From the NCBI GenBank assembly GCA_963924565.1, contig OZ004609.1, forward strand, positions 23,374,001 to 23,438,000: a DNA stretch of 64,000 bases, read 5' to 3'. The stretch comes from Ascidiella aspersa (Eukaryota). Shown here piece by piece: positions 22,801 to 35,900 of the stretch (within the stretch, counting starts at the first letter, position 1; every line of letters starts with the position of its first letter). Under the pieces are notes generated by a model. The model did not search any database, had not been told where the DNA came from, and worked only from the letters and a program-made list of their open reading frames with translations. A program made the translations under genes and the position numbers.

Positions 22801-25800
22801 CTGATAAAAGTCCCGTCTCTCCAAAAAATAAAGTTGTGACTAAAGTCAAAGAACTTACAAATCTAAAACTCCACAAAAAGAAAAAGCAGGTAACTATCAA
22901 TACTATTCATTACAAATGGACTTGTATTTTTTTCCATTATTAAGAAAGTATTTGTTTTCTTCGTTTTCAAGAACACTGATATGTCTTTGAGTCCTTCCAG
23001 CGATGCAGATATACGGAAGAAACGAAACTACAGAAATAAACCTAGATCTCCAACTCCTCCACCATCAAAAATTCCTAAGAGAAGTGTTTCACCTTTGATG
23101 TAAGTGAAAAACCTAGCCTGAATTCTTACATTTTAACTAATTCCACTGTGTTCTTATAGCCACCCACCTCCCACAATTTCACCTGACAGTAATGTACGAA
23201 GGGATCCCAGGATCTTGCAACACAACCGCCATAAACAGCACATTCCTGAAAAGATTCACCAACACAGCGAAATATCACCGTAGGCTTGCAAAATTTTGTG
23301 GTTTAGTAAAAACTTTAGCCCATATTTATTTTTGTTACAATTATTAACAGGTCAAGTGATGGATCCTTATCTCCCTCTTTCTCACCAGAACCAGACACTG
23401 ATGACTCGCCAGCTGAAAGACCTGGATTTAAACATCGCAATAAACATGAGAAAAGTTTTGAAAGTAAGTTTTGTTACTATCCCAATACATTCACTTAGTT
23501 CAGCCTACCCACTTGTGTGTTTTAATTAAGGAATTCAACGACGTAAAAGCTTTGATCCAAGCATTGAAATTCCACAACAACTGACTTTAAGTCACCAGAA
23601 TGAAATTCTGCGACAGGTAATTTTGTATGTTTGACAAAAAATGATAAATAGTCTCATAAATATACTTTTGTAGGCTGATTCCCAATTGCAAAGTGGGCAA
23701 TTAACCCATGAGCAGCATCAGGAGTTGCTAAAAAAACTTCACCAACTCTTTGAATTGCAAAGAGTGCGAAAGATTGAAGGAGGAGGTAAACCTGTTAAAT
23801 AATAATCTCCATATTTCTTAACCAGTTATATATATGTTGTCAAGTAATATTGCCACTTGTTGACTTTACTGTGACATCACAATGATTTTTTAATACTAAT
23901 TTTGTAAAATAGAGCATTGTGATTTTAATTTTGTATAAATGAATACAAAAATTCAAATTAATTTAGTTGTATCACCAATGGCTGCAAGAAGATCATCCAA
24001 ATTGTTGAATCGGAGTCCGTCACCAACTGATCCTCGTGTCCATAGACAGATGTACCAGAATAATAATGAAAACAGCCAGAGGATGGTGGGTAAAAGAGGC
24101 AGACACCTTGGTTCCCCAAGGGCCATTCGTGGAAGAGGACATTTTGCAGGTATGTCTGGCAGACATCCAGAAACTTATTTGGCACCGCCAACAATGAAAA
24201 GAATTCCAAAACGACATATGGCAAGTCAAAACTTGCCACATCCACAAGATAGAAGATCATCTCCTCCTTTATTTGAACCACCTGCATATAGCGATCCTAA
24301 CCATGAAAAGTATGACGCGCCTCCCCTTCATATGCGGCCGTATCATGAAAATCGCCACATGAGAATGTCACCACCTCATGAAACTCATCGGTATCCTAAT
24401 GAACAACATGGTCGTCCAATGCGAAGACCAGAATTTCCTCCACAGCAAAGAACAGAACGTGATGCTCCAGGTAAGGATGTTCGCAGGCGTTCTCCTCCCA
24501 GTTTTCACCTTTCACCACCAAAGTTTATGAAAGGTGATCGTGGAAGGACAAGACCCAAACCACATGGCAACGACCATAAGAATTTAAGAATGTATGCCCA
24601 CTCAGAAGAAAGAAAGTCCACTAAAGACAACCAAAATCCTGATCCTAGAAATAGAAGAACTGAAACACAAATGAATATCAGTTCTGATTCATCCACTCTT
24701 GAAGACAATTCAAAACCAAAATTAGAAGAACCTGAAGATTATATAATTGCAAACATTCCGAAGTCTGACGATGAGAGAGGTTTAGAAGAGCCGGAAGACT
24801 ATATTATTGCTAATATTCCCAATAAAGAAGAAAAGACTACTTGTGAAGAACCCGAAGATTTTATAATTGCTAGTATGCCACCTGAAGCAAAAGTCTATCA
24901 CGAGCACTCCATAGGATTAAAGAAAAATACAGAGTCGGAAAAGGCGTACATGGACCATCTTAAAAAAATTAAGCAGTCAATGTATACCAAAGAATTAAGG
25001 GCAAAACAAGCTAGCAGCACTACAATTGAGGAAAGTGGCTCTGAACAAACTACTGATGCCAACAGTGAAAATGATCAACCAACAGCAAAACGAAATGATG
25101 ATCCATTAAAATCTCCACCCTTACCTTTAAAAAAGAGGCGCTATGTAAGCGCTGAGTCTGAAGTACAGGTTAAGAAAGAACAATTGGCTAGTGGTGATGC
25201 AAGTTCCAATGCCAACGACGTTTCTAAATCTGAAGAAATTGCAAATGACCCTGCAAAGCCAGCAGTTGATTTGGAAGACACTGCTGTGGAAAAGCAAACT
25301 AATGTTAATGATAAAATAAAGACAGAAGATACATCTGTTAATGTCAAACAAGAAAAAATTCAAGATACAGATATGCCAGAGAAAATGAGAACTGATGTGG
25401 TGTCACCTACCTTTGATGATTTTAAGGATAAACTTGATGACAATTCTTTGGTGTATGTTATTGATGACGAAGATGAACCGGAAAGCAGTCAGACAACCTC
25501 ACATACCACTCCGGCTTATAGAGGAAAATTTGATCATGGATTAAGGAGAGGAAGATTTCCACCCAGACCACCACTTCACCCTCGTCATCGGTAATGCTCT
25601 ATTTTCATGTTGTTTACTGCAAATCGCTCTTATGCTTAAGCATTTTAATATTTTTTAAGAATTGTAAAGCAAGTTTGGTTCCGACTAGAGTCCACTCTAA
25701 ACCTGTTTAGATCTTTAAACTATTAGGTAAAATTAATTAATGTGACCCTGATGCACTTAAGTTCACTTGGTAAATGTCAGTAAATTGAGTTTGACTTTTT

Positions 25801-28800
25801 AATGTTTCAGGGACTTTATTGACCAAGAAGAGGAGAGAATTCAATGGAGGCTTGCAGATGAAAAGAAAAAGATGGAGTGGGAAGACTCCCTCCGCCATCA
25901 ACTTGAAAGAGAAGAAAGATGGGGTCCAGAAAGAAGGTAAAATTGTTACTTTGTTTTTTTATAAGGTTGTTCAAATGTTTTACCCTAAATATGACATAAA
26001 GCTCGCTGGTGATTTTATATGCTAATTAAGATATATATTTTAAACTTTTAGTATTCACTACCTTAATTTCTCAGGACTTTGTTGCATTTTGGGAATGTCT
26101 CTTTATGGTTAATTGGTTTTGTTTTAACACATATAATGTTTTTTATGATATCACTCTGAACCAGGGTTCCTAAACGGTGTGGCCCTTGGCTTACTTTCCC
26201 CTGTGGGGCCACCCAGCAGTTTTCAGGGGCACCACAACCATATATTATTTTAATTATTATCTAGTTGATTTGCATTATGACTGTCAACACCTCCCTTGTG
26301 AGTTGTGACATTCTATGACGCATTTTTCAAAATTGTGATCAAGGGGCCACAAGCCAGCTTGAGAGTTCTTGAAAGGGGCACACCTTGCTCCAAAAGTTAA
26401 GCACTAAATTAGACAAAATGAAGTTGTAATAAAACATAGCATATAGGATCAGACCTACCATCCTTTTAATCATATTGTATAGTTTAGTTTGAGGCCTGAC
26501 GCGCTACAGGGCTACCTAAGGGCAACTTCAGACCGATATCCTGTGAAGTAGTATGGTTAGAATAGTTCAAACCAGTTTGAGCTAATCTATTTTATTGTTT
26601 TGTTTTTAGGCGAGGTGTACTGCCACCCAGGTTTGGCCGAGGTAGGGGCGGCCCCCGTCCAAGAATGGAGCGTTGGCACTCGCCTGAACATGAAATGGGT
26701 GATCCTCCGATTTATGATCTTGCCAGGGGGAGGCTCCCAGGAAGACCTTTGCCACGCCGACCTCCAGTTAGACTGCATCCAAGAAGGGTAAAAATTTAAC
26801 AATAAAAAAATTGTTTTTAAATAATACACACCGATCTGACCACAAACTCTGTGAAGAAAGATGTTTTGCTCATATAATATAATTAATATATTTTCAACAA
26901 CATACCTCATATTTAGGAACCTCCACCATTTTCTCGGGAAGGTGGTTTCCGCACTATTTCTCCTCCTCCACCACCACCTGATTTTGTGTTGGATCCTAGA
27001 AGACCACTGTCCCCACCCCCAAGGAGATTGCCACCCCCACTCCGTCACCCACACGGCCCTCCTGATAGAGGCCCTGGTTGGGATAGACCACATAGAGGTA
27101 TTTCAAATACCAGAAGTATTTACCCTTAATTTTATATTGTTTAACCTTTTTAAATCACATGTATTTTTAATTTGATTAATTATGATGTCAGACAGTGCTG
27201 GACGTTGTGGATAAAATCTCATAATTTCAAGTTAGTTCATGGGCAGTTGTACTTCGTTTTCTAATGTTTTTATAGTTATATTTATCATTTATGGCCCAGG
27301 GAGCAAAAAGCAGATTGCCAACCAGTGGCTTCAGATAACTAATTGTGACGCAACTGTAGTGCTGTCACAAAGTCTTTCCATCTATTGCATATAGAAAAGT
27401 TTTTAGTAACCCGCTTTTCCATAGGTCATTCTTTAAGAAACATTAGCATCATAAAAACACTTTGTATCACACAAAGACTTTCCGCTTTGTAAGCTGAAAT
27501 ATTGTGATATATATTGTCCTTTGGCTGATACTGTTTTCTCTAATCTACTAAATTTACAGAAGAAAGATTCCCACCTGGTCCACCACCACCAGATGACAGG
27601 CACTCACCAGTTGGTGTAAGTTTTTGCTTTAAAATTGATAACTGAATAAAAATTAAAAATAGCATATATCCCTGCTAATTAATTATCATGTTGAATTTCT
27701 AAAAAAGCTTTTAAAATGTATCCTCTCACTTCCCATAACAATATTTTTTGCTTTAACTATTGGAATTCTTTTGCATATATTCAGGACACATATCAGCACT
27801 TTCTATTGCGTTTGGCCTAGTAGGATGTCGTGTTGCCCGAGTTACCAAATCATAAATATTTTCAGCTCCAGATTGAACCTCCTCCTCCCCCGCCAGTAAT
27901 AAACCAGGTCAACGTCAATAAGCTGCTAAGTGATCTACTCACCATGGGAATCCTTCCCGGCGCCAAAAAGCCGGATAGCAAGCCATCCACTCCGACGCCA
28001 CCCGACAACAACTCACAGACGTCCATCAAATCGGAACCTTCGGTAAAAACTGAAGAGGTAATTTTTTATATACATAAAAAAAAAAACCCTTCTGGTAATT
28101 GTATTACTATGCCTGGTAGCAACTGTTTATATATGTAATTTTTATGTTGTGTAACTTAATTAGATTCAATAAAGAAGATAGGATCACATTTGAAAAGGCA
28201 GATAGGATCCGTGTTACTCTAATTCGGACCGTAGAATATGTATATGAGCATGTTTTTTAGACTGCTAAACATGAACCACCAAGATCTAGCGAGGCACCAT
28301 CTATGACGGACCCCATTCCGCCAGTGGAGGAAACACCAAGAAGGTCCTTATCACCTTTGGATGAAGATCTGTTGACGATAGACCCAGACGCGAACTTACC
28401 TGATATACCCCTTACCTCAGACCTTAAAGTGTAAGTGCAATTGATAAAAATCCTGGTTAGATACCCAACGTTTGGCATGAGTTAACAATAAATTAACAAC
28501 ATAGTTGTGTTTGTCCGGTTTCAGCAGAATTTAAATGTGAACACTTCCCTGTAATGTTAATTTGCAGTCGACATGACGAAATCATCAAGCGCCTTTACAC
28601 TGGCATCCAGTGTTCCGCGTGTGGTTTGCGGTTTACCACACGACAGACCGACATCTATGCAGAACATCTCGATTGGCACTACAGGTTGAATCGCAAGGAC
28701 AAAGAAGGTGGAGCCCAAGTCCACAGAGAGTTGTATCCATCTGCTGGGGTAAACACATCTTGATGTTCTGCTATATGCTGTGAAATCGCTTTCTAGTAAT

Positions 28801-31023
28801 TTATTTTTACCCATTTGTACATTAGGATTGGATTTGCAACGAGGAGATTGAGGACCCCCAGGATCGTGAAAGAAACGCGTTCTTTGATGGACCAGAAGAA
28901 GAAAACGAAAACGAAGACCTCACGGTTCCACTAACAGGGAAAAATGGGGAAGATGTACGAAAAATTGCATTTACCCCCTATATAACTGGAATTGAAGAAC
29001 TTGAAATTGAAAACTTCTGATTTAAAAACCGTATCTAGCCTACTTCAGGGTTGCTAAAAAATCTTTAAACTCTTTGTATAATTTGTGCAAGTCTTTAAAA
29101 ACCCTATGTTTTTCAGAAAATCTTAACTATATGTGAGTGTGTTCACTATGCCATTTATATATTTTATTTTAATTATATTCAAAATACGCTGAGTGATCCT
29201 ATTTTATGTCTTCGAAAAGAACTAATTTCACAAAAAATTGTGGCTCTTAATTTCACAAAAAATTGTGAACTCTGTGCTTGTCGTGCCATGTTGTAATAAC
29301 TGACATAGCCGGCATGTTGAACCGACATATCAGCAACCGCTTCATCCTTTTTATGTGTTGCTTCAGTTATGCAAAGTGTGCAAGGAAGCGTTTGAGACGG
29401 TTTACAACGAGGCGGAGGACGAGTGGCAGTTCACTAACTGCGTTAAAGTCGACGACGATAACTTCCACCCTAGTTGCTACGAAGACTATATGGATGCACC
29501 TCCAGTGCAGGTTAGCAGCCGTTTCAGTTGAAAGTTTTTCATGCTCGTAGGGCGTTGGAGCTGTAATTGCTTTGTCGGGACATAGATATTTTCATTCAAA
29601 AACATTACACCAAATGCAATGTTTTGCTCCGTTTCAATTGGACCAACTTTCTCTTTCTACACGATTTGGCACACCCTGTGTTTAATCCACAATGAAGTAG
29701 CACGCACTTTCCATGTTAGGGTTTGACCCTAATTAAATCCTTGGGTTAACAGCGTTTATACAAAATATATATCTTGACCTTTTAGACGCCGATCAAGACC
29801 TCGATTTCCCCTCTACCCTCTGACGATGCTACGGTACCCGACTCGGCGCCCACTATCCAAGACCCCTACTCCAGCTCGGACGATGAAGGCCCTAATGTTG
29901 TCGTCGACCAACCGCAAGGTAAAAGTGAAACAGTGTCGACCCCCGAAGTGGAGCCCGAAAGCCTCAAAGTTCCAGCCACTGTTCAATCTGACAAAAATTT
30001 GGAAACTACTCAAGGTGAAAACAACTAACTATGGCCCCTTTTGTTCGCCTTTGGTGAGGCGATTGCTTTTTAGGCGGCTGTGTAGGTTAAGAAAGGCACT
30101 TAACTTAACGAAGGCACGCATCTTTTAAATGAACACTCTTTTTTCCGCCACGTGGTCCACACATAACAATAGTGGGGGGCACAAAATAAAAAATGTTAAT
30201 ACTTTATTTCATTCAGCATTACAGCTATATTTGTTTTTGTTTTAGACTTCGATATGTCAAAAGACACCGTTTCAGAGGCAGGCGGCCCACTACAAAGCAC
30301 TCTTTCTGCAGGGGACGACAGCCAGGTTTTGCCCGACTTCGGTAAAGCGAATTTGAGCTTATTTAATTTCTTTGAAATCTGTTTTTTTTTTGTTAGTTTG
30401 TTTGTTGTCACTTTACACATAAATATTTAAATGTTTTCCATAATTGAAAATAGTTTATTGTCACCATATCTCTGGCACACTGTTTGAATAATATTTGGCC
30501 TGGCGAGCATATGTTAATTTTGGCGTACAGTGTTTTGGCCTACCTAGTTGAATTTTTTTATTTAGCCTTCACGGGTATAAAAAAGGTTTATTATAATTAT
30601 TATTAGCCACACACTTTTTGCCTTGTTTTGTAAATTTCTTGATCAGATTGTGATTTAAAACCACGCGTCTTTTTAGGATCAGAAGCTTCTAGTGCCGTAG
30701 ATTGTGCGAGCATGGAAGAGGAGACGACCCTTACCACAAGCGATGGCGCCGATACAGAAGTCTGTAAGACGCCAACAGAGAACAGAGAAGACAACACTGT
30801 CGAAAGCAGCGTTGAATCGATGGAAATGCAAACCAGCGTTGAAGAACCGGCATCCACAAACATCACTGCCAATGCTTGTGAAGAATCGGAAACCACGGCT
30901 TCCACGAACGTTGAAATTCGCTTAGAAGCGAATTCGGAAAATGTCGAATACTTGCAAAGTGAAAGCGACCCACCGCCGCCCGCTCAAACTTTAAATGTTG
31001 TAGACAATAGCAACGCAGAGTAA
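16813..31023 (+). CDS. PCF11: Pre-mRNA cleavage complex II protein Pcf11, ~27 exons (approx. 16813-16974, 17969-18088, 18162-18356, 19757-19828, 19898-20056, 20726-20771, 20842-20885, 22422-22487, 22668-22889, 22972-23099, 23160-23279, 23351-23463, 23531-23616, 23674-23785, 23967-25590, 25811-25936, 26610-26787, 26917-27097, 27560-27615, 27856-28057, 28261-28430, 28568-28748, 28825-28953, 29367-29510, 29786-30013, 30246-30341, 30677-31023)
   Basis: CID: 'YRSSLEDLTFNSKPHINNLTILA', 'KLPIMYLLDSIVKNVG', 'LYKLRTTW...DPNWP...IHVNPKFL'. Followed by a Q-rich coiled coil and RDPR motifs. Zinc fingers: 'LYTGIQCSACGLRF...HLDWHYR' and 'CKVCKEAF...EW...FHPSCYEDY'. Some middle and 3' exon boundaries are approximate. 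Confidence 0.92.
21889..22292. mobile_element. hAT-type MITE (TIR CAGRGGTGGGCAAA) in a PCF11 intron
   Basis: Flanks gtatgtag/gtatatag (7/8); inverted copy of the 48054-48474 element. Confidence 0.85.
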
Positions 31024-31191
31024 ACTGTTAAACCGCTTTTCGAAAGTTCAAGAAGCCGTTCTCTCGCGCTGCATAATTAGTACGATTTTTGATCGAAGTT
31101 TTTTGCGCCATCGCACGAAATAAGTGAATTGTCTGATGCGGAAACTGTGCAAGGGGCGGGATTTTTGCTCTGTATGTGGTTTCAGTTCTAA

Positions 31192-31201
31192 AATAAATAA
31201 A
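31192..31201 (+). terminator. Probable PCF11 poly(A) signal (overlapping AATAAA x2)
   Basis: AATAAATAAA ~170 nt after the stop codon, followed by a GT-rich tract (cttggttggattttgtcgccttgtt). Confidence 0.55.
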
Positions 31202-32954
31202 AACTTCGTTATATCTTGGTTGGATTTTGTCGCCTTGTTACTAAGGATCGCTGGATTATGGCAAAAATGATAAAAGAAAAAAAAAAAGATTAAAAAAATT
31301 AAAAAAGTGTTTTATTTATCTTCCCCAGAAAGAAACACGTAATATTATTTTGCCCATTTTGGAAATTAAAATAAAGGGAAAATGTCGTGCTGTATTGCCA
31401 TAATAAGGCGAGTTGTTTTTTTTAGAACATAGATTTTTGTTAATTTGGTAACACTACTTTTGTAAACAGAATATGTAAAATAAGAAGATATCTTCTTACG
31501 AAAATTTATATAAGAGAAATATATTGCGCCACAAAATAAGGCATCATCAGTATCTAGAAAAAAACAAACCCAGCCATTTTTATTTGGTCTAGACTAGAGA
31601 CTGATAATGTCTTATTGTGGGGCAAAATATATTTCTCTTATAAATGATTGACTTTTATTAAGACTGGCCGAAGAATATTTGCTATGCGTTTTAAAATGGC
31701 AATTTTACAGGACCGTTTCAAATTGAAATCATAATTTAATGAAACTGTTTTCATCAAATATGGATAACAAAAGGCGAATTAAAGAGTAATTTTTGTAGGG
31801 CAAACGCACTTTAATAGAAATATGCACAGCTCAACATCTTTATAGGCTTATAATACAAATGTGGCAAATATGTCGCTCTACAAATCTCTTCCATGCATTG
31901 CATAAAAACAATAGTACCAACGTAATACCTTTATTATTTAAAAAAACGCAGTATTTGGCAACCGATCCAAATTCAGCTAAAACTTGCACCTAACAAAGCT
32001 TAGAACACGCATAAAATGGAATTATAAATATTTCTTCGTTATTCTGACGTATTTACATCATCTTTGCTAATATGACTTTATCAAAGTTTGCTGTAATCGG
32101 TTCTTTATTGCCCAGGATCAGTAAGACACGATAACGTTTTAATTAAATGCGGTTGGTTATGAAAAAAATATCACAATAAATTTCCCAAACTGGTACCAGC
32201 ATGGAGTCAGAACAACATTTTATCTTGCATGACCAATCTAACTCTTATCTATAGGTATGAATAAAGGGAAAAAAGGAAAACTCTGAAGTAGCTGTCGCTT
32301 GTTTCTGTGTTTTTGTATATGTGTGTGCCTTTAATTATTCCGAACATTTGTGCAGATCGGCAATACAACTACAAGAAATCATTTGTTGTATTTGCTTGTT
32401 CGTTTGGTGCGTGTGTGTTTCCCTTAAACTTACAGCAATAAAATGCCACCAGGCCGTTTTTATTGGTTATGCTTATGATTAATTGTATACAATTCTGAAA
32501 TATTCCAGGGATATTTATTACAGAAAGATTTAAACAAGTTTAACTCACAGGTCGACTATTGTTTTGCAAACTTCATCAACATGTTTTATTTTAAAATTTT
32601 ACATCTACACAAATACAGTTTTGCATAGTTGCGTTTGTCAGATATTTGCAAACCATACCATGCAGGTGAAACATAAACCCTACATGTAACCGCTTTACGT
32701 TGTATAATTGTAAATTATATTGTTTTTCTAACTCTTTATTTTGGAATAAAATTTCATAAAAGTAAGCGTCAACAAAAAAAAAATAACCGCGAAATAAAAT
32801 TTAAACAGAAATTGGCAAACAACTAACTTTATATGAATGATTATTCACCTAAAATTTTGGAAAGACATAGTCAGTCAATAAATCAATGAGGTGTTAAGAT
32901 CTTTCCAATAAAAATATGATAATAACATGGAAAAAATATAACCCAATGAGAAAT

Positions 32955-35900
32955 TCAAACATATTTCCGGTGCACAATTGTAGCTCCATGCTCCTGAAAC
33001 TCTTCTCTGGTAATCCAGCGAAAACGTGACGTACTCAGTGACGTCATACGTCCAGCTCCTCTCCAAATTGCGTACTGACGTTTTGGAAAGACATTTATCG
33101 TGAGGTGCTTCTCTTTGTTAGGCATCAGTTTAACGAGCTCGCTCTAAATAAGGCCATGTATATTTTGAGGTATTAAGGTAACGTCTTTCGGGCGGAGTGC
33201 ATGGCTAAAGTCCACAAGTCAGAACACAAGCCCCGGTTCATTTAGTTACAGGCACACCTTAGGCGCTTTAATCCTATATTATTTTATTTGATCATGACTT
33301 TGTTTGCTTATTTTATTAGCTATTCTAACATTATGGTAAATCACGCAAAGCTTTTTGAAAGTTGTAAAATTTAAGACAAAATAAGGAGAAGGACGAGTAG
33401 GTATTTCAAAAATGTCAAAATTTTGCATTTTACATATGTTTTAAACCCCAAACTTAAGTAGTTTACCTTTAGTCTCTCGGGTAGACCTGGCAGTAGTGAT
33501 GCGCCACCGACAATGACAATGTTTTTGCATATCTCATCAATGACGGTATCATTGTTCTGTTCGTTTCGACATGCTCGAATGCTTTCGGCGCAGATGTGGT
33601 GTAGGCCCATGTCACTATCCGATTCCACTATAAAAAGCAAAACCTTTTATGTGTGACTACATCATAAGATAAAAAGCACCACTACGGTAATCTACATTCT
33701 ACAACGAGGTACAATAAACTAATAAAAAGTTATACTGTTTTGCTCCGAGCTTTTTATATAAATGGAGAAAATTTATAAGTCACCAAGTATTTTCAATTTG
33801 AAAATACAAATATGTACTGTAAGTTTGTCAGCGGATTAAAGCCGTGCTGTATTCTTCAACGAAGTTTATCAGCCATTGCTCAGTTAAGCTGAGTCGTAAA
33901 AAAGTTTTTTTAATGGAAAGTGTGCCCTAATAAAGTTACGATAACAAAAGATGCATAAAGCTTACTGTGAACACGCAAATGGCAAATCTGTTTCTGCTAA
34001 AAATCGTGCCTTTGCAATACAAATAAACCTGGGATTCAAACCGATCCCGAACCGGAGTTTTGTAGACCGGCATTGGCTTAGTTTTACCCGAACCATAGCC
34101 GAACCTGAAACGTCTTTTTTTTTTAAAAAGGGTGTCAAACCGAAACTGAACAGAATATATTGGGGTCATTCGAACCTTTACCGATCCCGAAACGGCGAAA
34201 ACAGCGGTTCACTTCAGCATGACGTCATGATACAATTGATATATGTATATAATTATGACGCATCTAAATATTTTGTCACCAGTCCATCAATGTATATTGC
34301 ATAGTATGGTGAAGTGTACTAAATCGCAACAAAATTCATAAATGATTGACTGATTCAGTTGGTCTGTTAAAGAATTACGGTCTACTGAATAACGTACAAT
34401 TGTTTAATTCATTTTTATCATGCTTTTAATTCTGGGGTATTATGAGATGATAAAGGTACAGGACGTAGAAAGATCATTCGCGGAAAGCGCGAAAAAGAGA
34501 CGGCGGGCCGGATTAATTACATTGGTGGGCCCAATCTGGCCCATGGGCCGTAGGTTTCCGACCCCTAGTATAAACCAATATTTTAATTAAAATGTCGTTC
34601 CTTAATTTCTTCAAAGGTTGAAAAAAATAGGGGGCCATTGATTTCTCAAAATTTTTGAAGGAGGGCACGGTGTAAAAAAGGTTGGGAACCCCTGATTTAA
34701 ATAAAACGGCGATTTTTTATGCTCTGAAGTAACCGCCCCTTTCAAATTTATATTAATTTGTCTCCTGATGGCGATATAATAATCGTACCTTAAGTAAAAC
34801 TTGTGTTTTGGTGAAGTACTAAGAGATTATTTTGCACAAAATACAAAAAATTACTGTAAAAACATATTTATTTCATTTCTACGAAATATTATATGGTCCT
34901 TACCACAAAGCGTCCCGCGTTGTAAGTATACACAGTGTGACGTCATTCAATACGCATGTCGCTGGCTGATGCGCAATCACAAAACAAGAAAAGTTTGTCT
35001 CCCGCGGTTACAATAGACGCCCAGTTTACCAAGAGCAAATGTTGCTCATTTGTTCTGGCGTCCTTTGCATCTCTGAACCGACAAACACCCGTGCCAATGT
35101 TGACCTAATATTGAAACTAATCTCGGTCGAAATCGCCCGTCACCAAAGTGTTCAAACAAATGGCTTCAAACGAGACGGAGGAGTTTAGACGCCTGGAAGT
35201 TATTCGTTTACTTCGATTGCGGAAAGTTCGACTGGTATTTTTAAAGTTGGCTTTAGCCAATATGTTAGTTTTGTTTGAAACTTACAATTGATATATATTC
35301 GCATAGGTTTTAGGCGAAACCTTAAGAATAACCTTCTAGTGTAATTTATTTCCTTTATATGTCAAATCGTTGCAGAGTGTTCATATTTAGAAAATTTGAC
35401 GCGGTAAAAAAACAACATACAAATTTTTGTTGTGTGACAATAGATATGCGGATGTTAAATGAAAATGGGTTGTGGTAATTTCATCCAGTAGTCTCTGATA
35501 AATTTATCCAGTAAATAAATTTAAATTTTGTAAATGACCCAAAATGACCTGTTTGTGGCAGTAGCCTACATGGACTCCTTTTACTTAAAGTTTACGGGAT
35601 TTGTTCAGAAAAGAACTCCATTGAAAAGTAAAACTTACCGCTTCCGGGATTAGGATGAAAGAGGATCTCAGGCGCTAGGAATCTCTCTTTGTCCACTCTC
35701 ACCGGAGTGCCGCTGGGAAGAGAGTAGGTGCGTTTCCGGTTCATTGCACCCATCATGTCGTCACTATCGCCCACCGTGACGTAACACAGCTTCTCCATCA
35801 TCGCTTTCGGAATATCAACTTCTGAAACGCCTTGAAATAAAGTAACACCATCAGCGAGATGTCGCAATTTACTAAAGCGATCATGACAAACTTTGAAATG

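Noticed and set aside
33060-33100. Apparent frameshift in the last actin-like exon (ORF-track 32875-33066 is in a different frame)
   Set aside because: The exon starting at 33143 reads in frame through INVFPKRQYAIWRG to TGA at 32955; the listed ORF is an off-frame artefact.
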